This document shows, in pieces, positions 27,883 to 36,765 of a stretch of DNA of 64,000 bases; within the stretch, counting starts at the first letter, position 1, and each line of letters starts with the position of its first letter. The position numbers and the translations under genes were made by a program. The DNA comes from Flavobacteriaceae bacterium (GTDB taxonomy: Bacteria > Bacteroidota > Bacteroidia > Flavobacteriales > Flavobacteriaceae), in contig JABDNT010000081.1 of the NCBI GenBank assembly GCA_013043685.1, positions 42,800 through 106,799 on the forward strand, read 5' to 3'. The notes below the pieces were generated by a model. That model did not search any database. It saw nothing but the letters and a program-made list of their open reading frames with translations, and was not told the DNA's origin.

Positions 27883-30300
27883 CTAGTTAATTCTCCTGCG
27901 CTCTTCCTCCGATCCGGTTTCGCGGTTTCTCGCAGACCTCAACTCCTTGTTACCAAAATTTCGACTATACGTTAATGTGAAGGTTCTATTGTTGAAATCA
28001 AAGGTGTTTCGGGTTAGAATATTTTGCTCCGGCAGATCGGTACCTCCGTTGAACTCTACAGAGTCCAGAATATCATTAATTGAGAATTTTAAGGTACCCC
28101 ATTTGTCGCTGAATTTTTTCTGAAGACCTAAATTGATACCATAAACCTCGTCGTATCGGGCATTCCCGAAGAAACCGGGCCCGTTGTAGAACCCTGAAAG
28201 TTCTGCCGAAAAGCTATCGGATATCTTGAACGAATGTGTGCTATTGACTGAAAAAATACCTAATTCCTGTTCTACCGGTTCTTCTAAATAAAAAGATCGT
28301 ACCTGTTGATTCACAAAGGTGAGGTTATTCTGTGTTCGCCACCAATCACTGATCTTAACCGGTATTCCGGCAATAATAGAAAATGTCCTGGTGTAGTCAA
28401 GATTAGCCGCCTCAAATATAAGCCGGCCGGTTTCCGGATCGATCCGTTCCTGAAAATTCGCTATAGACGAATCCTGGTCGGTATAACTAAAAGACAGGAA
28501 GTAATTTTTAAAATTGATATCGTATTTATAAGCATTGGAAATAGCCGGCTGGAGCGACGCATTACCCGATATAAAGGTATTGGGTTCAAAAAAGATCACA
28601 AAAGGGGCCAAATCGTTAAATGTTGGTCTTGTGATCCGCTTGGAATAGGACAAATTCATACTGAGATCTTCGGTCCATTGCCTGCTTAAGAACACACTGG
28701 GAAACCAGATTCCGTACTGGCGATCCACAACAGTACCTTCGGTATCGGTATCCAGCTTTGAATCTGTATACTCATATCTAACCCCGGCTTTAACATTGGT
28801 CTTTTCGTCTATAGTATATTCACCAGAGACATAACCGGCAAGGATACTTTCATCCAACACACTGAAGTTAGTAAGGGAAGGATCGAAAACGAACACACCA
28901 TCTATTTGGTTAGCGACCGACACGTCATTTTCAAAATCGTTCTTTATCCCCTTTACTCCTAATTCAAACTTGAATTTATCGGTTGGCCTGTTACTATAAT
29001 CCAGCTTTCCAACCAATGTGGTTAGAGGTGTTTCTTTGCGGCTTTCCAATAATTCAGTACGCAGGAACGTATTACTTCCATCAAAGAATCTGTTGGTATA
29101 ATCAGTAGGATTATCGAATTCGTAGAACAAATAGTCCACATCCATACTAATGAATTGATTTTCCGTAAAGTCATGTTTTATATTGAAATTCCCGCCAAAA
29201 TGTTTCAACTGATTTCGTTCGGTATTTGCCAGTTCCACAAAGCCAACAGGCATTCCATTTACCGCATCCATACTGTTGTTCAGGGCATCCATGGTCCATT
29301 TATTATCGAATCCTGTGAGAATGACTCCCAATATGGTTTTATCCGAAACCTGATAATCGGCACCCAATCGAACATTGTGATTTCGTTGAGTAGGTTCCCT
29401 GTCGGTCACGGAGGCATTGGAAATTAAATCACCGTCCTGGCGAAATTCACGGCTGGTTTTAATGATCTGATCCCTCTTATCCAGTAAAAAAGAATAGCTG
29501 CCGAAAAGATTGAAATCGTTCTTCCTGTAATTGAAATTGATGTTATCATTGGAAGTTGCTCCTTTGCCATAGCCCGCCGAAAGTGAATATGATCCGTTAA
29601 GGCCCAGATCACTGTTCTTTTTCATTACAATATTGATGAATCCCGCATTTCCTTCAGCGTCGAAATTAGCAGGCGGTGTAGTGATCAGTTCAATGGATTC
29701 AATATTGTCTGCACTCATTCCATCCAACAACTGAACCAATGACGAAGTTGGAACATAGCTAATTTTTCCGTTGATCATGACAACTACGCCTTCTTTGCCC
29801 ACCACCGAAATGTCATTACTCTGACGGTTGATGACTACTCCTGGGGAACGTTCTAAAACCTCCAGAGCGGTTCCTCCGGAAGAAACAATGCTATTTTCCA
29901 CATTGATCACAAGTCGGTCCACTTTCTGAGTGTAGAGCGGCTTCCTTGCTTGCACCACTACTTCACCAAGAGCCTCACCTTCAGTTAATATTATAACAGG
30001 TAACTCCAAATGTGATCGCAGTTCAAAATTATCGGTTCTGGAGGATTGAAATCCCAGGTATGTTCCCTGCACATAGTACGTTCCGGTAGGAATTTCATTT
30101 ATTGAATAGGCTCCATCCTCGTTGGTCAAACTTCCCTTGACCAAAGTAGAGTCGCTCGCCTTCATAAGAAGCACATTTGCAAAAGGGATGCCCTGATCGT
30201 TAGTGTCTGAAATTTGACCTGAAATAGTGTGGGTGGTTTGACTGAATATAACTGAATTAACAAGACACAGCACCACAGTGAAAAAAGAGGTTTTCTTCAT
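27883..30300 (-). CDS. TonB-dependent receptor with N-terminal CarboxypepD_reg-like domain
   Basis: 805 aa. Signal peptide, a plug-like region (VDRLVINVENS...GGTALEVLERSPGV) and a long beta-barrel. Confidence 0.85.
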   Translation of the reverse strand: MKKTSFFTVVLCLVNSVIFSQTTHTISGQISDTNDQGIPFANVLLMKASDSTLVKGSLTNEDGAYSINEIPTGTYYVQGTYLGFQSSRTDNFELRSHLELPVIILTEGEALGEVVVQARKPLYTQKVDRLVINVENSIVSSGGTALEVLERSPGVVINRQSNDISVVGKEGVVVMINGKISYVPTSSLVQLLDGMSADNIESIELITTPPANFDAEGNAGFINIVMKKNSDLGLNGSYSLSAGYGKGATSNDNINFNYRKNDFNLFGSYSFLLDKRDQIIKTSREFRQDGDLISNASVTDREPTQRNHNVRLGADYQVSDKTILGVILTGFDNKWTMDALNNSMDAVNGMPVGFVELANTERNQLKHFGGNFNIKHDFTENQFISMDVDYLFYEFDNPTDYTNRFFDGSNTFLRTELLESRKETPLTTLVGKLDYSNRPTDKFKFELGVKGIKNDFENDVSVANQIDGVFVFDPSLTNFSVLDESILAGYVSGEYTIDEKTNVKAGVRYEYTDSKLDTDTEGTVVDRQYGIWFPSVFLSRQWTEDLSMNLSYSKRITRPTFNDLAPFVIFFEPNTFISGNASLQPAISNAYKYDINFKNYFLSFSYTDQDSSIANFQERIDPETGRLIFEAANLDYTRTFSIIAGIPVKISDWWRTQNNLTFVNQQVRSFYLEEPVEQELGIFSVNSTHSFKISDSFSAELSGFYNGPGFFGNARYDEVYGINLGLQKKFSDKWGTLKFSINDILDSVEFNGGTDLPEQNILTRNTFDFNNRTFTLTYSRNFGNKELRSARNRETGSEEERRRIN

Positions 30301-30494
30301 TGGTTAATTAGTTAGTTGCATTGCACCGAAATTACCGTTAACCTCAATACTTTCAGTTCAATAATGAAAGATATGGAATTAAGTTGGACAGCCTTTTTAA
30401 ATTTTGATAAGACCCTTATCGTCATAATTTTCTCGATACAATCGTAATTTGCGCCACTAAGTTAATAATCAAATACTTAAGTTCTTTAAATGTT

Positions 30495-30534
30495 AATTAT
30501 TTTGCTTTTTATCGAATTATTTTGCTTTTTATCG
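30495..30534 (+). repeat. Perfect 20-bp tandem duplication (AATTATTTTGCTTTTTATCG x2)
   Basis: Read directly from the sequence. Ends 28 nt upstream of the 30563 ATG. Each unit contains TTATTTTG, a near match to TAnnTTTG. Confidence 0.9.
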
Positions 30535-30562
30535 TTTTTATTAGCAATTTCGGCCTGTAATT

Positions 30563-31354
30563 ATGCCCCAATTGCTTATGAATAGTAAAACTACGTTACT
30601 ACTTATACTTATACTTTTTTTATCGCTTAATGGTTTCGCCATGAGGTGTGGCGATGCTTATCAGAATGCCACATATGCTGTGGAGCATACTGAAAAGGCC
30701 CTTGGATCGAATAACCTGGAACATCTCAAACAATATGCTTTGAGAGCCAAAGAGGCAATAGAGAAGGTATATGTAGATACCGAAACCTGTGGGTGTACAG
30801 AGGCAAATAATGCCAGTTATGACACCCTGGATCATCTGGATAAGGCGCTTAGCAAAGATAAATATGAAGTGGCGCGCTTCTATGTTAAAAGTGCCCTTTC
30901 TACAACGAAGTCAGTGCTAATATCTTTGGATTTGTGCAATGAACCCGATCCTACCTATACGTTAATGGTGGACGAAAACAACCTGGTAAGTCAGGAACAG
31001 GAGTTATTAGCTCAACAGCAACAATTAATTCAGAAGCAAAAAGCCCTGGAAGCACAATTAAAGACTCAAAAGGAGTTGCAACAACAACTTCAGCGAGAGA
31101 AAGAACGCAAGCTCACTGTGCAAAAAAAGATAAAGTTCGAAGCTGAAGGTAGTCTGCTCGAACTTGAAACTGTTATAAACAGGTTTATCCGTATCATGGA
31201 ATGTGACCAATACGAGCCTATCTCCTCAGAAGCCTACACCCGAACACTGGAACAACTTGAAGTAGAATCAATTAAAGCTACCAAGACCTTTTACTCCATT
31301 AAAGCACGGGAAATGGCAGATCGTTTGATCGCCGTACTTGCTGGCTGTGATTAA
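30563..31354 (+). CDS. Hypothetical secreted coiled-coil protein
   Basis: Signal peptide and a Q/E/K-rich heptad stretch (QEQELLAQQQQLIQKQKALEAQLKTQKELQQQLQREKERK). Confidence 0.55.
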   Translation: MPQLLMNSKTTLLLILILFLSLNGFAMRCGDAYQNATYAVEHTEKALGSNNLEHLKQYALRAKEAIEKVYVDTETCGCTEANNASYDTLDHLDKALSKDKYEVARFYVKSALSTTKSVLISLDLCNEPDPTYTLMVDENNLVSQEQELLAQQQQLIQKQKALEAQLKTQKELQQQLQREKERKLTVQKKIKFEAEGSLLELETVINRFIRIMECDQYEPISSEAYTRTLEQLEVESIKATKTFYSIKAREMADRLIAVLAGCD

Positions 31355-31555
31355 TGTATTTAATTGTGTAACTTTAAGTCAACAATCTGCTCTATTCGAG
31401 TAATATCCCAATTTATGGGAATGAAACACCCGGTGTTAAGCCGGGTTTTTCATTAATATACTTTTACATAATGGCTATCTGGTCCTTTAATCACCAAAAT
31501 ACTTTTACATTTGTACTGCAACAGGAAATAACCATTTACTCATTTCTTCCTAAGT

Positions 31556-33019
31556 ATGAAATCCATTGCTGTTAAGATTAGTGCTACTACAATTATCTAT
31601 TTCATTCTAATTGTCGCCTTTGCGCTCAGGTTATACAATTTAAACTATGCGGGGTTATGGAATGATGAATTATATACGGCTAACATGGCTAATCCGGGTA
31701 GATCTATCAGCAATGTTATTTTCAGGTTAAAGCTCGATATTCACCCGCCATTGCACAATATACTCTCCAATCTATGGAGCAGGATATTTAGTTATAACGA
31801 CACCTCGTTACGTGTTTTTAATGTACTGATCGGAGTATTTGGGGCATTTTCCATCTATAAATTGGCTAAACTTTTATTCAATAGTAAAGTTGCTTTATAT
31901 GCTATGCTTTTGGTTGTAGTAAACTCATTTCTTATACAGTATAGCCAGGAGGTAAGGGCATATGCTTTACTGTTTCTGCTGTCGAATTTTTCTTATTTCT
32001 TTTATGTGAAGCTTACTCGTGGCCTTCTTACCAGGAAGAACATCATTGGATATGGTCTTGTCACAACAGCACTGATATATACGCATTACTTCGGATTATT
32101 TGTAGTTGCATCGCAAGTTATCATACTTTTTCTTGTGGTAAAGTGGAAAGATATCAAAGCAAATCTGTTGCGTTACGGGTTGGCGTTCGTTATACCGGGA
32201 TTGTTATTTCTGTTTTGGGCACCTACCATGTATAAGCATCTTACCAAGACCCTCGGGTCATGGCGTGTTAAACCTACTCCTGAGATATTGATAGAATATT
32301 TCCAGGGATTTTTTAATGATTATATCATATCAAGCATTGCTTTAATTTTGTTTTTCCTAACCGGTCTGTATTTTCTTTTAAAATTATTTATAAAGCTTCC
32401 CAAGGTCAAAGATTTTGTAGGGAAGCGATCCAAGGAATTATTGATCATCTTTTTATGGGCACTGATCTATTTCCTTATCCCATACTTGAAATCCACATTT
32501 TCCAGTAGTATGATGGGCTTGAAATATTTTATTGCCATGACAGGACCCATTATCATTATGTTGGCGTTTTATATCGATAGAATAAAAGGCTCACAGATTA
32601 GAAATGGGATCGTTAATGGACTCATTATATATAGTGTTCTAGTGTTATTTCTAAAAAGCAATCCATATTATCATTCAGCTACTTCCTACAGGGAAATTGC
32701 TCAAGAGGCTAAGGCAATCAATAACGATGCTCCTGTTCTTTATTTATGCAAAGACGGATTCTATTTCGACTATTACCTCCACCAGAATAATTTCATGGAT
32801 CGGCGGGAAGATTTTGTTTCCTTCTTAACATTAGTTAAAAAAGATAGTCCAAAGGAATATTTTGTATTCCTGGATCTCAGGTTAACTCCGGAGAAATTCA
32901 AAAACGGGGTGCCCGTTATCCCGGGATATGAAGAAGTGTCTTCAAAGACCTTCAGAAATGCAGCGAATATTAAAACGGTTCAACTGGTACATTATAAAAA
33001 GACAGATCAATCCATATGA
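31556..33019 (+). CDS. GT-C fold glycosyltransferase (family 39 / ArnT-PMT-like), uses polyprenyl-phosphate sugar donors
   Basis: 487 aa polytopic protein with an N-terminal NYAGLWNDELYT loop motif typical of ArnT/PMT-like enzymes. 4-nt overlap with the next gene. Confidence 0.7.
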   Translation: MKSIAVKISATTIIYFILIVAFALRLYNLNYAGLWNDELYTANMANPGRSISNVIFRLKLDIHPPLHNILSNLWSRIFSYNDTSLRVFNVLIGVFGAFSIYKLAKLLFNSKVALYAMLLVVVNSFLIQYSQEVRAYALLFLLSNFSYFFYVKLTRGLLTRKNIIGYGLVTTALIYTHYFGLFVVASQVIILFLVVKWKDIKANLLRYGLAFVIPGLLFLFWAPTMYKHLTKTLGSWRVKPTPEILIEYFQGFFNDYIISSIALILFFLTGLYFLLKLFIKLPKVKDFVGKRSKELLIIFLWALIYFLIPYLKSTFSSSMMGLKYFIAMTGPIIIMLAFYIDRIKGSQIRNGIVNGLIIYSVLVLFLKSNPYYHSATSYREIAQEAKAINNDAPVLYLCKDGFYFDYYLHQNNFMDRREDFVSFLTLVKKDSPKEYFVFLDLRLTPEKFKNGVPVIPGYEEVSSKTFRNAANIKTVQLVHYKKTDQSI

Positions 33020-33879
33020 AAGCTATCTTTCAGTTATTACGGTTGAATCAATGGATTAAGAACCTCTTTGTGTTCCTTCCAGTATTCTTTTCGGGCAATC
33101 TTCTGAATCGGGAACTACTCGTAGATTCCTGTTTTGCATTTTTAACCTTTTGCTTCACTACGAGTATGATCTATATACTGAATGACTATAAGGATGTTGA
33201 AAAAGATCGTATGCATCCTGTCAAGAAACACAGACCACTGGCTTCAGGAAAACTCAGTAAAAGAACGGCGTTGCTGCTATTCGTTCCATTGATCATAGGT
33301 TTAGGCCTGGTTGTTTTCTATCGATTCGATTTGAACGACACCTGGCCATTGATCGTCTATTTTGTGCTTAATTTGCTCTACACCTTCGGCCTGAAGTCGA
33401 TTCCTATACTAGACGTAGGCATTATCGCCGTTGGTTTTGTGTTGAGAGTTGTTCTGGGTGGGCTCGTAACCGGCATTATTGTTTCGAAATGGGCCTTTCT
33501 ATTAACGTTCGCACTGGCACTTGTCCTTGCACTGGGAAAAAGAAGAGGTGAATTGCTCTCTACGGATGGTAGTTCCAGAAGATCCCTGAAAGGATATAAT
33601 TTATCATTTTTAGACGCAGCTTTAACGAGCACGGTAACAATAACCATAGTGTGTTATATCATGTATTCGGTTTCTCCTGCAGTGGAGAACAGCCTGGGAT
33701 TTAAACACGTTTATATAACGTCCGTCTTTGTTATCCTGGGAGTATTGAGGTATTTACAGCAAACATTCGTTTATAGTAGTACCGAATCCCCTACCCGATT
33801 ACTGTATAAGGATCTATTTATTCAGGTAACAATTCTATTGTGGATTAGTACCTTTGCACTGATAATTTACTTTAAATAG
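33016..33879 (+). CDS. UbiA-family decaprenyl-phosphate phosphoribosyltransferase-like enzyme (Rv3806c-like)
   Basis: NDYKDVEKDRMHPVKKHRPLASG motif. About 8 TM helices. Confidence 0.75.
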   Translation: MKAIFQLLRLNQWIKNLFVFLPVFFSGNLLNRELLVDSCFAFLTFCFTTSMIYILNDYKDVEKDRMHPVKKHRPLASGKLSKRTALLLFVPLIIGLGLVVFYRFDLNDTWPLIVYFVLNLLYTFGLKSIPILDVGIIAVGFVLRVVLGGLVTGIIVSKWAFLLTFALALVLALGKRRGELLSTDGSSRRSLKGYNLSFLDAALTSTVTITIVCYIMYSVSPAVENSLGFKHVYITSVFVILGVLRYLQQTFVYSSTESPTRLLYKDLFIQVTILLWISTFALIIYFK

Positions 33880-33883
33880 TCTT

Positions 33884-35191
33884 TTGCAGAAAAAAAAAGA
33901 AATAAGCAACTGGGGAAACTTTCCAACCAGCATTTCAAGTGAACAATGGATCTTAAATTCAAAAGATCCAGGAATTACTTTCAATCAAACTGAAAAGATA
34001 ATTCCGCGCGGCAACGGGCGATGTTATGGTGATGCCTCGCTGGGAGAAAATATCGTGAGTACGCGCTACCTTACTAATTTCCTGGAACTCGACGAGGATA
34101 CCCTGGAAATGGAATGTGAGTCCGGAGTACTTTTTTCTGACCTATTAGATCTTTTAATTCCAAAAGGGTTATTTCTACCCGTTACACCGGGAACTAAATT
34201 TATAACCGTTGGGGGTGCTGTGGCTGCCGATGTCCATGGTAAAAATCATCATAAGGATGGCTGTTTTTCATCGTACGTGATTTCCTTTCAGCTACTTACC
34301 AGTGATCATAAAATTATAAATTGTTCAAAAGAAGAGAACAGTGAATTATTCTGGCAAACCATTGGCGGGATGGGATTAACCGGAATTATTCTGCGCGTAA
34401 GGTTCCGACTGCTTCAAATCGAAACCTCATACATTTCCCAGGAATCTATTAAAGCCAAAAACCTGGACGAAATCTTCGACCTCTTCGAGGATTCCAAAGA
34501 CTGGAAATACACTGTAGCCTGGATAGACTGTCTTCAGAAAAAGAAAAATTTAGGCAGGTCTGTACTTTTAAGGGGGGAGCATGCATCCATCGATGACCTG
34601 GATCAAAACAAAAGAAAAAGGCCGTTGCTTGTTGAGAATAAGAAAAGCTTCTCAATTCCATTCTTTTTCCCCGCATTTACTCTGAATTGGTGGACGGTCA
34701 AGATCTTCAACTTGTTATATTTCTATAAACAGCGCAGCAAAAAGAAAAGCGCTGTCGTTTCTTATAATACCTTCTTCTATCCTTTGGATTCAATAGAAGG
34801 CTGGAATAAGATCTATGGTAAGAAAGGATTCATTCAATATCAATTTGTGGTTCCATTAGAAACCAGTAAAGAGGTATTGCGTGAAATATTAGAATTAATT
34901 GCCGTTAGTCGTCAGGCTTCATTTCTAGCGGTATTGAAGCTTTTTGGCGAGAATTCTCCGGAAGCCATTAATTCATTTCCAATGAAAGGGTATACCTTAG
35001 CACTGGATTTTAAGGTGACCCAAAAAACCCTGGAATTAGTCCCTAAAATGGATGCCATCATTCTAAAACATAAAGGTAGGATCTATCGCGCTAAGGACTG
35101 CGTATCAGATCCTCGATTAACCAATTATTTGCAGTTACCGGAATCAAATTTTGAATCACTGCAAAGCATAAGGATAAACTCGAAGATATGA
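33884..35191 (+). CDS. FAD-binding oxidoreductase, DprE1-like
   Basis: TTG start. SNWGNFP...GNGRCYGDASLG N-terminus and a PCMH-type FAD domain. Confidence 0.7.
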   Translation: MQKKKEISNWGNFPTSISSEQWILNSKDPGITFNQTEKIIPRGNGRCYGDASLGENIVSTRYLTNFLELDEDTLEMECESGVLFSDLLDLLIPKGLFLPVTPGTKFITVGGAVAADVHGKNHHKDGCFSSYVISFQLLTSDHKIINCSKEENSELFWQTIGGMGLTGIILRVRFRLLQIETSYISQESIKAKNLDEIFDLFEDSKDWKYTVAWIDCLQKKKNLGRSVLLRGEHASIDDLDQNKRKRPLLVENKKSFSIPFFFPAFTLNWWTVKIFNLLYFYKQRSKKKSAVVSYNTFFYPLDSIEGWNKIYGKKGFIQYQFVVPLETSKEVLREILELIAVSRQASFLAVLKLFGENSPEAINSFPMKGYTLALDFKVTQKTLELVPKMDAIILKHKGRIYRAKDCVSDPRLTNYLQLPESNFESLQSIRINSKI

Positions 35192-35907
35192 TAGTATTAG
35201 GGGCAAATTCGGAAATCTCAAGAGAATTCGTTGAGTTAATGATTCAAAAGGAAGGCCTGAAAAAGGTGTACTTGTTCTCTTCCAATGTGGATACCCTGGA
35301 GCCTTTCGGACAACATTTGAAGGTGAAATACGGGATTGATGCGGGCATCTATCATTATGACCTTTTAGAACTCCCCGACTTTGATTTTTCACAATTGGAT
35401 TATAACCTGGTATTTTGTGCCTCGGGATATTTAGGCAGTCAGCCCGATATTGACCTTAGTCACAAAATGGATAACGACAAGATCCTGAAAATCAATTACT
35501 CCAAATTAGTATTAGCACTCAATGCGATTTCCATGGATTTGATAAAAAAGCAGACTGGAACGATCATCGCATTAAGTTCCGTAGCTGGAGAAAGGGGCCG
35601 GAAGAGCAATTTTATCTACGGGAGCGCAAAAGCAGGTTTCACAGCGTATTTAAGTGGCTTGAGGAACTATTTATTCAGCCATAAAATTCATGTTTTAACT
35701 GTGAAGCCAGGCTTCATGAATACCAAAATGACAGCTGGCCTGGATTTGCCTAAAAGGCTAACTATCTCGCCCGAGAAGGCAGCTAAATTGATATATAAAG
35801 GTTATAAAAGAAGAAAGAACACCATTTATATTGCAGCTATTTGGCGTTATATCATGTTCATAATTAGGAACATTCCTGAATTTATCTTTAAAAAGATGTC
35901 ATTGTGA
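35188..35907 (+). CDS. Short-chain dehydrogenase/reductase, DprE2-like
   Basis: VLGANSEISREF nucleotide-binding turn and catalytic YGSAKAG. 4-nt overlaps on both sides. Confidence 0.7.
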   Translation: MIVLGANSEISREFVELMIQKEGLKKVYLFSSNVDTLEPFGQHLKVKYGIDAGIYHYDLLELPDFDFSQLDYNLVFCASGYLGSQPDIDLSHKMDNDKILKINYSKLVLALNAISMDLIKKQTGTIIALSSVAGERGRKSNFIYGSAKAGFTAYLSGLRNYLFSHKIHVLTVKPGFMNTKMTAGLDLPKRLTISPEKAAKLIYKGYKRRKNTIYIAAIWRYIMFIIRNIPEFIFKKMSL

Positions 35908-36494
35908 GCAAGTTGTTCTTATATGATTTTGACGGCACCATTTCACGTAAGGACACCTTATTTGATTTCCTGAGATTTACTATCAGAAAGGATAAACTTT
36001 ATTTTGGCTACCTGGTGCTAACTCCAATATTCGTCTTAACCTTCCTCAGGCTTAGCAAAAGGTCTTTCGCCAAAGAAAGGCTGATATCCCACTTCCTTAA
36101 AGGAAAAACGAGAGCCGAATTAGCTCAAATGTCAGAGAAGTTTTTGAACAATATGCTTACAGAAAAGAAGTTTAGAACAAGTGCACTGGCTTCAATAAAA
36201 GATGATAAAAAGGAAGGGGCCGTTTATATTGTGTCCGCTTCTCTCGATATCTGGTTGAAAGATATTGCCAACCATTTAGGGGTGCATTTAATATGCACCC
36301 GGGCAAAGTTCGAGAATAATGTATTCACCGGTAAGTTTTTGGGTCCTAACTGTAATAATGAAGAGAAGCCTCGAAGAGTGCAATCAGAAATATCCTTGGA
36401 GGAGTATAATTCTATTACCTATTACGGAGATTCAAAAGGTGATCTCGCCATGAAGGAAATTGTGGATCACTTTGAATACAGAAAATTTGAATGA
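35904..36494 (+). CDS. HAD-IB family phosphatase
   Basis: GTG start. Motif I LYDFDGTIS and C-terminal GDSKGD. Confidence 0.75.
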   Translation: MSKLFLYDFDGTISRKDTLFDFLRFTIRKDKLYFGYLVLTPIFVLTFLRLSKRSFAKERLISHFLKGKTRAELAQMSEKFLNNMLTEKKFRTSALASIKDDKKEGAVYIVSASLDIWLKDIANHLGVHLICTRAKFENNVFTGKFLGPNCNNEEKPRRVQSEISLEEYNSITYYGDSKGDLAMKEIVDHFEYRKFE

Positions 36495-36765
36495 TACGGT
36501 ACTGCCTCAATTGCCTTCTGATCTTTCCTTTAGCCTTCTAAAATTGAATATATCCCTCTGAATCACATCGCGTACTGCTTAATGTTAATATTTTGACAAA
36601 CAGAAGAGCAATGTTCAATCTTTTGGTAAATTTGTTCAACAAGTGTCCGTATCAATCTAGGAATTTTCGCCATTATTATGTTGCTGTCCACAAAATTTAG
36701 TGCACAGGATTTCCAGGACCAGGCATTAAACAGGATAAAACAGAAAATTGACCGATTCGAAATTC

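Noticed and set aside
33890-33898. A9 homopolymer at codons 3-5 of the DprE1-like gene as a possible slipped-strand phase-variation switch
   Set aside because: It encodes a plausible KKK N-terminal stretch. A/T runs of this length are common in this AT-rich genome, and there is no evidence of variation from a single sequence.
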